DNA of 64,000 nt from Meyerozyma guilliermondii (Eukaryota): the NCBI GenBank assembly GCA_051546255.1, contig CP128819.1, positions 558,001 through 622,000 on the forward strand, in the 5' to 3' direction. Position numbers and translations under genes: made by a program. Positions 19,661 to 27,809 of this stretch are shown here, piece by piece. How positions within the stretch are numbered: position 1 is the stretch's first letter; every line of letters begins with the position of its first letter. The notes beneath the pieces are model-generated. The model made no database searches. It was not told the origin of the DNA and saw nothing but the letters and a program-made list of their open reading frames with translations.

Positions 19661-21694
19661 ATGTCTAGCGGTGAAGATGATGCACACAAAACGTACTATT
19701 CTATCAAACGACGAAAAACCGTGCCACCTACCATGTCCCTCCCAAAACAGTTTCTGAAGTCATTCATACCTCTTTTCTTTGGCAAGGAAAGTGCAGAAAA
19801 TGTTCAAAAAAGGCATCAATTATACGAGTCAATTTGGCTGCAGCAAAGGAAAAGGATGGAGAATATAGTTTCCAGTGCTTACGACGGTCTTTTGAGCAGC
19901 CTAGAGTCATATATTGGCGAGCCTTTGTTGGGGGATCAAAAATTAGCGGTTGCCTTCGCTCTGCTCGGAACCAACACTGCCAACAATTTGAGGATTCTTA
20001 ACGAATTGAGCCTGCGATTAGAATCAGGAACTGCCATTCACCTGCGAGTCATCACATTAAACTCGAAAAATAGCGCCAATATCAAGTCGGCTCTTCGAGA
20101 AATCAATCGTCAACTATTAGCTCAAAAGACCAAGAACGACGATAATGACGAAACAGACACCATGTTTGGAGACAAAGAAGGTCGTATTGCTCATGATTTT
20201 GAGATTGCTCGCGACTGGTGCTTGGACTATATGAATCAAGAGGGCGCCTCGGACATGGCTACGACCAAATTGAGATTATTACTTATCATCCAAGATGCCG
20301 ACTCATTGAATACTCAAGTGTTGAACCAAATTATCAACGTTCTTCACATTTATACCGGCTCGATTCCAGTCAAATTGGTACTTGGTCTCTCCTCAAATAA
20401 GGTACGTGACTGGATCAACACAAGCATTAGTGCTCTGCTTCGTCTATCCATCAAGGGCACTAAATTCAAGAGTCAAGATAATAAGCAATTGGCTTATAGG
20501 ATACTAGAGAGTCTTTTTTTGGACCCTGAAAATGAAAACCCATTATTGCTTGATTCAAGATTGGCGGCAGTTATACTCAACAGATTTGAACGTGCGAACA
20601 ATTCTCTTGATAGCTTAATGTCGGAGATCAAGCTTTGCTATATGATTCATTTTTACCAACTGCCTTTATCTATCCTTACTGACGCCAATTTTGCTCCAAC
20701 TTCTCAGTATATCTCGTCACTAAGGAGACTTCCCTCGTTCAAGTTGCATATAGAACACTTGGTTAAGCAATTCAAAGAAAACCAACAAGATACAAAGGCT
20801 GAGATCGAGGACTTGTTAGACTCGGACGAGAAACTTAATTTACTCTTGGACACTTCGAGGAAAGAATTACAAGAATACCACAAACAATTGATCCAAGCCG
20901 TGAAACTTCTACAAACCTGTCACCTTCATCTACCACAGAAACATCTGAATTTATATTGGTACAAAGTGCTTCTGGGCGGTGATATCTTCAACTGTGTTAG
21001 CTACAAAGAGCTATTGACCCACTTGGGATCACTCTCGGAGTATGAGGCTAAAACTTTACTTGCCAAGTTGAGTCTGGAAGACGAATTTGAAGACGATGTT
21101 TCGGGTCTTTCCAGTGCCCTGGATGCTCGAGATCTAGTCAACGATTATATCAAGAAACATGAGTTTCAGCGACCGCTTCACTCAAGAACATTCTATGAAG
21201 TTTGGACACTTAGTGGTGGGTTTTCAGAGCGCGATTTGATAGAATCTCCTCATGTTGAAGAAAATCTTGAGAATGCTATGCTTCGTTTACTTCGACCTAA
21301 ATTGCGCCGGTCACTAGAGGAAGCACTAGACAATTCTTCAATATACTTGGGCGACAACAAAAATGACGAAGGTTCTCCCATCGCGACACACCTATTCAAC
21401 GTCTACAGAGATGCGCCAGTTTCCATCAATGTCTACGATTTTTACTGTGCATTCAAGCAATCTGTGCCTAAAGACTCGCTTTTGCAGGCAATGAAGAGTC
21501 AATTGCATGAGTCACCTGTGAAGAATGAGGAGTTGTTTAAAGCCATAGAGACCATTGAGCACAATGACGAAGCTTGGGAAAAGGCATCATTTTCGTGGTT
21601 TCTCCACACTTGTCATGAATTTGTTCTCCTTGGACTTTTAAAAGAGAGGTCCAAGGTGGACTTTTTTGAAAAGGGGATCTGGATTGGATTGTAG
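19661..21694 (+). CDS. ORC3: Origin recognition complex subunit 3
   Basis: ORC3_N-like 'IIQDADS' and 'YMIHFYQLPLSIL'; C-terminal winged helix 'INVYDFYCAF...FVLLGLLK'. Confidence 0.8.
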   Translation: MSSGEDDAHKTYYSIKRRKTVPPTMSLPKQFLKSFIPLFFGKESAENVQKRHQLYESIWLQQRKRMENIVSSAYDGLLSSLESYIGEPLLGDQKLAVAFALLGTNTANNLRILNELSLRLESGTAIHLRVITLNSKNSANIKSALREINRQLLAQKTKNDDNDETDTMFGDKEGRIAHDFEIARDWCLDYMNQEGASDMATTKLRLLLIIQDADSLNTQVLNQIINVLHIYTGSIPVKLVLGLSSNKVRDWINTSISALLRLSIKGTKFKSQDNKQLAYRILESLFLDPENENPLLLDSRLAAVILNRFERANNSLDSLMSEIKLCYMIHFYQLPLSILTDANFAPTSQYISSLRRLPSFKLHIEHLVKQFKENQQDTKAEIEDLLDSDEKLNLLLDTSRKELQEYHKQLIQAVKLLQTCHLHLPQKHLNLYWYKVLLGGDIFNCVSYKELLTHLGSLSEYEAKTLLAKLSLEDEFEDDVSGLSSALDARDLVNDYIKKHEFQRPLHSRTFYEVWTLSGGFSERDLIESPHVEENLENAMLRLLRPKLRRSLEEALDNSSIYLGDNKNDEGSPIATHLFNVYRDAPVSINVYDFYCAFKQSVPKDSLLQAMKSQLHESPVKNEELFKAIETIEHNDEAWEKASFSWFLHTCHEFVLLGLLKERSKVDFFEKGIWIGL

Positions 21695-21715
21695 CATAGC
21701 GGCTATTTTCATGCT

Positions 21716-21780
21716 GTGACTCAATTTTAGCCGCATCACTAAAAATAGCTGTGCGATTGAGTCACCCTCGCACTATAAAA
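21716..21780 (+). promoter_or_regulatory. Two inverted Gcn4/AP-1 sites plus TATA box upstream of the DIP1984-like gene
   Basis: TGACTCA 21717-21723, TGAGTCA 21758-21764, TATAAAA 21774-21780. Confidence 0.65.
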
Positions 21781-21805
21781 GTGGGGCATTAGCCGCGAAT
21801 TCAGC

Positions 21806-22300
21806 ATGAAGCTTGCTGAAGCATTAAGACTCCGTAGTGATTACGGCCAAAGACTTGATGATCTTCACAGGCGAATCGAGAGAAATGTGATTGTACAAGA
21901 AGGAGACGAACCCCAAGAAGATCCTTCAAAGCTAACAGAGGAATACGAAGAAATTTGTTCGCAGCTCGTCAAATTGGTAACGTCAATTAATTTGATCAAC
22001 GCAGAAGTGAAGATCAAATATGCCATACGAGGACGAGCTAACGAACAAGAATTGACCATGACCCAGGCATTGGCAGAGCGAGATATACTAAAGAAGAAAA
22101 TACAAATGTATAGGTCCACTGTCGACGGAGCGAGATTGGACCAAAAGTTCAGTTACTTCAAGCTGGAAATCAAGTTCCGAGCTGTGGTGGAAATACCGCC
22201 TCTTCAAAAGACGATCGATGAACTTTCAGCCAATTTGAGAGGCCTCGATGTCAAGATTCAAGAGGCAAATTGGATAGAGGAGTATACCGAAAGGGTATGA
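21806..22300 (+). CDS. Bacterial-type DIP1984 ('septicolysin'-annotated) family coiled-coil protein
   Basis: MKLAEAL..R.D, VQEGDEPQEDP, IN..N, MTQALAERD, K(S)EIK, LDVKIQEANW match my recollection of the bacterial family; 164 aa, intronless. Confidence 0.8.
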   Translation: MKLAEALRLRSDYGQRLDDLHRRIERNVIVQEGDEPQEDPSKLTEEYEEICSQLVKLVTSINLINAEVKIKYAIRGRANEQELTMTQALAERDILKKKIQMYRSTVDGARLDQKFSYFKLEIKFRAVVEIPPLQKTIDELSANLRGLDVKIQEANWIEEYTERV

Positions 22301-22337
22301 TTACGCATGATTTTGTTAGTCACGATGGTTTGGCTAT

Positions 22338-22582
22338 GTTGGTTATTTGATTGGTATCTGTGCAAATGCGAGTATGCTCTTTGTCACGCAAGAGCAGGGC
22401 TCTTCGGAGTTCGATTTAGTGACTGCACGTATTGTACACGGAACTGGGCGCCGTTTCCCTTTTACATTTTATTACGCCCATGTTTCAACTTACACACATG
22501 CACACTTTCATACTTTATTTTTTACTACCACCTACTGGTTTGCACGGAGAGGGAGGGTAAGGGGATCTAATACACAACCACC
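22338..22582 (+). ncRNA. Putative structured ncRNA or 3'-UTR element linked to the DIP1984-like gene
   Basis: Nested helices with G-U pairs, a C(UUCG)G tetraloop and long-range closure (see findings). Confidence 0.6.
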
Positions 22583-22655
22583 AAAAAATTCAAATTGTAA
22601 GATCTATTTATAGCCTACTCAAAGTCAATGTCCGCCTATATGTCTACCAGAGCCA

Positions 22656-23078
22656 TTATAGTTTATGAATTACATTCAATTCAGCTTCTGCCTTCTCTTG
22701 TGCTGCTTCCTTTTCCTCTGCAGTTTGAATGTCTTTTTCTGCGCTAGGCTTCTTTTCCTTTTCTTGTTCATCAGACTCCTTTTCACTCAGACCTTTATTT
22801 TCTTGATTTTTTGCCTCGGCCATACGTTCTGCCTCTTCCTTGTCGGCTTCTCTCTCGCGATCTGCATCCAGAACGGCGCCAAAACGTCCCCCGGGAACTT
22901 TGTCATATTTACTATCACCTTCGGATGAAGATGTTACTTTCAGAAGTCCAATTTGTTTGTGAGCTGTGATGGATAAAACAATCAAAATCAATATAAAGGA
23001 GCCCGCTATGGCCATAATCATGAACCTCTGGGTCCGGAACATCCTACTGGACACCTGGGTGGAATTGCCTAACCTCAT
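22656..23078 (-). CDS. Small type-II membrane protein with charged low-complexity tail, unknown function
   Basis: ATG 23078; one TM 'FMIMAIAGSFILILIVLSI'; Glu/Lys-rich C-terminus. Confidence 0.65.
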   Translation of the reverse strand: MRLGNSTQVSSRMFRTQRFMIMAIAGSFILILIVLSITAHKQIGLLKVTSSSEGDSKYDKVPGGRFGAVLDADREREADKEEAERMAEAKNQENKGLSEKESDEQEKEKKPSAEKDIQTAEEKEAAQEKAEAELNVIHKL

Positions 23079-23163
23079 TGTGGGTTGCCGTTTCAAGTGA
23101 GTCGCTTTTGATGTGCGGGTGTACGGGCGCGAATATATATATGTACGCTATGCTATATTGATA

Positions 23164-25494
23164 TCACTCGGATATCCACCATTGACTATCGCCATTTGAA
23201 TTTCCTCTGTCTTGCTCGAGCGCCTTTAAAATAGCACTCTCGTCGCCTGGATCGACATTTTCCTTTTTGTGATCTTTCTCTTCATCACTCTTGACTTTCT
23301 CCGCACTCCTATAATCAAACTTACTGATCCAAACGTCACCGAGGGTTTGAAATTTCCGTGTCTCGTTATCTGTGAACTTGATAAGAATTCCATCCTGACG
23401 GTTGCTGAGTTTCTCTCCATCTTTCGTGTAGGTTCCTCCAATCAGCGAATAGCCACACCAGGTGTATCCGTTGCAATAACCTCCCATGCTAATCCACGGC
23501 ATATTCGACTCATTGTCCTCATTGTCCGCTTTCAGCGTATCAACGGGAGGAATTACCGCGTACTTGATTTCCAACTTGTTAACGAAAAAAGCCTTGAATT
23601 GAGACAATTTCTTCAAGTGGGTGTACCGTCTCTTGTAAGCAAATTCTTTCTCAAAGTCAACTTTGTCACTTTGCCCACAATGACGGAACCCTGAGTTAAA
23701 CCAGAGTAACGATTTGTTGTCTTCATCACTAATGTGCGCCGGGTGGTTAGAGCAAACCTCTTTTGAGTGCAATGGCTTGATCTCTTTTGAATCGCCCCAA
23801 CGCTCTGTGTCAGGGGTGATCGTTCCAATCGCTGCTGCAAAATGTTCATTGAAAGCGTAGTCTTCATTTCCTGAAATGACCAAAGCCAACCAGAAAAGTT
23901 CTTTGTCACCGTATACTCGCGCCTGCACTGGTAAGTGGAAATTGAGCTGGGCCATAACCAATGCTTGACTAAAATGCAATTTGCGGTTGATCACCACCAA
24001 CCCGCTCTCCATATAGTGGTTCTTTCCCTGGAAAAACTGGCGCTTGAGTGTGTACTCGGTGGTCTGTGGGATGTTGAACATGATAGTGTCCATTATTGAC
24101 GGAAGCATTTTCTTGAAGAAAATAATGTCGTTTTTAGGTCTGAATTCAATGGCACTACGGTCTTTGTAGAACATAGTGCCTGTTTTGATGTACTTTTGAA
24201 GGTGGAAGAAAAACTCGGGCTTTTCCAAAAGAACAGTGTCAGCATCAAGCAATATCATTTCTTCAAACGAATTGAAAAACGTTGCAAGAATCTTGTTGCC
24301 AAACCCTCCAAACTTACCAGCAAATTTCTCACTTAAAGCTCCTGACACATCAACGAACCACAAGTCTTGCTTGGGATAGTCCTTAAACTCGGACCTACTA
24401 GCTTGAACAAGTTGATACTTGGTCTCAAAGGCAAGGTCTTGAAGGTAGACAATTTGAATTGGAAGCTCATTACCCAATGCTCGCAATAGTCTAATTAACC
24501 TTATTGACATTTCTAGGTGACTATCAGCAATGGTGAGCACGATTCCTTTGCCATTCAAATCGTTCTTGAACTGATTAAGAAAGCATGAATGAGAGTCTTT
24601 TGAAAAACTGGACTTGTGATACGTTTTGTGAGCGGAAGGTCGTGGTGCGTATTGTGGGAGCTCGTCTATAAGTTTGGTATTGTCCCACCGCTTGTATGTC
24701 GGGTATTTGGATGTCAACCACGGATATACCCTGGACTCCATGGATTTGCACGATGCGAAATGCTTGAAATGAGAATTCATTCTGTACTTTGTTGAAGGAA
24801 GATGTAACGGAGCCAAAACTTCCCGCTGAGCCTGGATGAAGGCACTATCGTTGAGTGCCATCACATTAGATTCGGATGCCGCATTATAAGTAGGTAAGTT
24901 TTCCACGTCATGCTCAACAAAGCACTTGTTGTAGATTCTCAAATGCGACATGAAATCGTGAAGTTTTTGCTCATCTCTTAGTATATTGTCCCAAGCTTGT
25001 TTGTATTGCAGCTTCCATTGCTCCTTGACGTCGGAGGGGATTTCTGGCTCTTGTCGATCTCGTTTTTGTTTCTTTTCGTCTTTCTTTTGTTCCTTCTTCT
25101 TGTACTCTTCCACCATTGATTTTTCGTACTCTGAGTACTTCATAAAGTACTTTTTGTTGAAACTAAAGTCCTTTGTTGGCTCGATGTACCACTGGGGGTC
25201 CTTTTTGAACAACGTCTTGAAATACAAATCGCATCTCTCGTCAAGATCAAGCAGTGATATGACTGTAGACAACGGCATGTGTTTAAACATATCATCGTAG
25301 GTATCATCGACAATAGAAATAGAGTTTAGAAGATCACTCTTTCGATAAGTCTCAGTCAAGATATGTTTAAAGGACTCTTCATTCACTTGTGGGATGTCAA
25401 GAGGAGTCCCTAATCCCTGTAGCCACATCAATATTGATACACATGCCACCACTATGACTATTTTGATGAAGGTCGATCGAATTCGCCTTCCCAT
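23164..25494 (-). CDS. Mnn1-family (GT71) alpha-1,3-mannosyltransferase
   Basis: N-terminal TM; GKGIVLT, SFEEMILLDAD, MESGLVV, YGDKELFWL, WFNSGF. Confidence 0.88.
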   Translation of the reverse strand: MGRRIRSTFIKIVIVVACVSILMWLQGLGTPLDIPQVNEESFKHILTETYRKSDLLNSISIVDDTYDDMFKHMPLSTVISLLDLDERCDLYFKTLFKKDPQWYIEPTKDFSFNKKYFMKYSEYEKSMVEEYKKKEQKKDEKKQKRDRQEPEIPSDVKEQWKLQYKQAWDNILRDEQKLHDFMSHLRIYNKCFVEHDVENLPTYNAASESNVMALNDSAFIQAQREVLAPLHLPSTKYRMNSHFKHFASCKSMESRVYPWLTSKYPTYKRWDNTKLIDELPQYAPRPSAHKTYHKSSFSKDSHSCFLNQFKNDLNGKGIVLTIADSHLEMSIRLIRLLRALGNELPIQIVYLQDLAFETKYQLVQASRSEFKDYPKQDLWFVDVSGALSEKFAGKFGGFGNKILATFFNSFEEMILLDADTVLLEKPEFFFHLQKYIKTGTMFYKDRSAIEFRPKNDIIFFKKMLPSIMDTIMFNIPQTTEYTLKRQFFQGKNHYMESGLVVINRKLHFSQALVMAQLNFHLPVQARVYGDKELFWLALVISGNEDYAFNEHFAAAIGTITPDTERWGDSKEIKPLHSKEVCSNHPAHISDEDNKSLLWFNSGFRHCGQSDKVDFEKEFAYKRRYTHLKKLSQFKAFFVNKLEIKYAVIPPVDTLKADNEDNESNMPWISMGGYCNGYTWCGYSLIGGTYTKDGEKLSNRQDGILIKFTDNETRKFQTLGDVWISKFDYRSAEKVKSDEEKDHKKENVDPGDESAILKALEQDRGNSNGDSQWWISE

Positions 25495-26437
25495 GGTGAT
25501 GTGTAAAAGAGCGAGGAACAAGAAATATAAAACGACGCGATGCAGGCGATATAAAGAAAAATTTTTGATTCGAGAAAACGAGTCAATATTTCATATAACC
25601 ACAATTAGCGCGGTAATGTTTTGAGTCCAACGGCCACCAAGCGCGTTCTTGCGTGTGTAGGAGCTAAAGAATATGCCGATTGCGCTTAATTTGAGGCAAA
25701 TCGTCAGACGACTATATTGCTGTCCACGTGGCCCACGGCTGACTAAATGGGAACTGGTTGCAAGTTGTAATTTAGGGTGGGGTACTAGGTCCAAACTGAA
25801 GAAAACACAAAATGAAAGAAACTGTGGCGTACAATCAATTGCAATTGTTATCGATTGCAATAATTACCTAGAAAATTTCAGGGTCTCAGGGTCTTTAACA
25901 ATGGCGAGAAGGTTAGCGCAATTGCATATATATGTGAAAGTGGGACTAACTCAAAATGAGAGTTGGTGATTAATATTAATGGAGGCTCTAAGCAAGAATC
26001 CAGTTTGGCAGTTTGGTCAAAATCGAAATCTAACTATTTTGGTTATTTGGCTGCGGCACTGGTCCTCGTATTTGCGTAAAACCGCACCCTGGCTTCTGTG
26101 TCAATTTACGCGAGCCGTCCCTGCATTTAGACTAGCGCGTCCGCGGCTCAATCACCGAAAATGGAAGAAGTGACATCTAAACAAATTTCTTTACGATATG
26201 AAATGCGCTTAGAGGAGTGTCTGAAATCTGCTAGATCAGATGTGTCAGTAATGACCAGATCTTGCCAACTTTGAGCTACATTTACACCTATTTATCGGAG
26301 TTGAACCAGCACTATCACAATACAAAGTCATACAGCTTCACGGCATTCGCCTACAAATTCTGCTATGTTTGCTAATAATTCTGTATTGTCTCTCATTGGT
26401 GAAATTTGTATTTTATGCTTGGCTTCGAAATTTGTAC

Positions 26438-27715
26438 TCACTTTGATCCTTCCCCATTTGTGTGGCCATATGCATGACCATTAAGTGGACGTTCTGGATG
26501 TGGGCTAAGAACATTGGTTGCGTCAATAAGCTTCACATTTGGATTGAGAGTCAATCCAAAACCTGGTTTGTCCAATACAGAAACATTAAGCTGACCGTTT
26601 GTGGGAATTGGCTCGTCGATGAAAAGTTCGCCAAAAACAGGAAGTACAGACTTTGAATCGGGGGAGTTGGCCAAATACTCTTGGAATGGAGTGTTTTGCT
26701 GGCTCACCACAAAGTGGTACGAGTATGGACCAGATGCGTGGGGAACTACAGGAATGTCATATGCCGCAGCTTGGTTAGCCACCTTCAACAATTCCGTGAG
26801 TCCTCCCACCCACATGACGTCTGGCTGCAAAATATCGACATTACGGCCCTCGATTAATTTCCGGAAACCATACTTCGAGTACTCGTGCTCACCGGTAGTG
26901 AACTTGACCCGAGGAAACGCTCTTTTGAGTTGTGCAAAGCCATCAAAATCGTCCGGATGCAATACTTCTTCCCACCAGTTGATATTCAAGTCTTCGGTCG
27001 CCTTCAACAAGTCAATCACATACGAAACATTGAGCGACATATAACAATCGACCATTAACGGAAAGTCGGGACCAACACTTTTACGGTGTTGGCGCAAAAA
27101 CTCAACGTTCTTTCTGAGCCCTTCAAATCCCTCATCTGGTCCATGAGGCAATGCTACTTTGCCTCCCCAAAAGCCCATGTCCTTGGCGGCGCCTGGGTTG
27201 CACCCAGTACAGTAGAAATCAAGTTTCTCTCTAGTTGAACCACCAATCATCTTGTAAACTGGTTCATTTCTGATTTTTCCAAGAAGATCCCAGAGTGCAA
27301 GGTCAATCACAGAAATCACCGCCAAAGTAATACCTTTGCGGCCGTAAAACATCGAAGCACGAAACATTTTGTCCCACATAATTGTCAAGTTACGAGGATC
27401 TTCTCCTTGGAGAAACCGCTCAAAATGATTGTGGACAAGCCAGCATGCAATTGGACCACCGAAACCAGTTGCAAATCCCTTGGTGCCATCAGTGGCCTCG
27501 ATTTCAACACAAAAAGATCCAAGAACATTGATGCCCCAACTAGTGCGAGAATGTCTGTATTCGGGATACTTTGTCATTGGGTTAGAGATAAAGTTATCAA
27601 CTAGCCAGTGACCCTGAGATACATTGTGGTAGTCACCGCCGATATCTTTCCCTTCCAAAAGATATGTTTTGACTTTTTTAATGTTTGGAAATTGCAGTAC
27701 TTTTTGCTGTGTCAT
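26438..27715 (-). CDS. LRA3: L-rhamnonate dehydratase (enolase superfamily)
   Basis: GGDYH, SRTSWGINVLG, MVDCYMSL, WWEE, TGEHEY, PHASGPYSYH. Confidence 0.92.
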   Translation of the reverse strand: MTQQKVLQFPNIKKVKTYLLEGKDIGGDYHNVSQGHWLVDNFISNPMTKYPEYRHSRTSWGINVLGSFCVEIEATDGTKGFATGFGGPIACWLVHNHFERFLQGEDPRNLTIMWDKMFRASMFYGRKGITLAVISVIDLALWDLLGKIRNEPVYKMIGGSTREKLDFYCTGCNPGAAKDMGFWGGKVALPHGPDEGFEGLRKNVEFLRQHRKSVGPDFPLMVDCYMSLNVSYVIDLLKATEDLNINWWEEVLHPDDFDGFAQLKRAFPRVKFTTGEHEYSKYGFRKLIEGRNVDILQPDVMWVGGLTELLKVANQAAAYDIPVVPHASGPYSYHFVVSQQNTPFQEYLANSPDSKSVLPVFGELFIDEPIPTNGQLNVSVLDKPGFGLTLNPNVKLIDATNVLSPHPERPLNGHAYGHTNGEGSK

Positions 27716-27809
27716 GTTCTACTCTACTCCACATTCTGGCACTATTCATTTATATATGGGGTGCAGTTTCGGAATATTATTTCTATTTGGAAGACTTGCG
27801 GGACAATAT

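Noticed and set aside
22338..22582. Element as a known yeast RNA (snRNA, U3, SRP, RNase P/MRP, telomerase)
   Set aside because: I see none of their hallmark sequences; an Rfam search is still needed to exclude them formally
22307..22613. Short ORFs (87 and 88 aa) over the structured element
   Set aside because: Cys/Phe/Tyr/His-rich composition with no recognisable domain; RNA structure explains the region better
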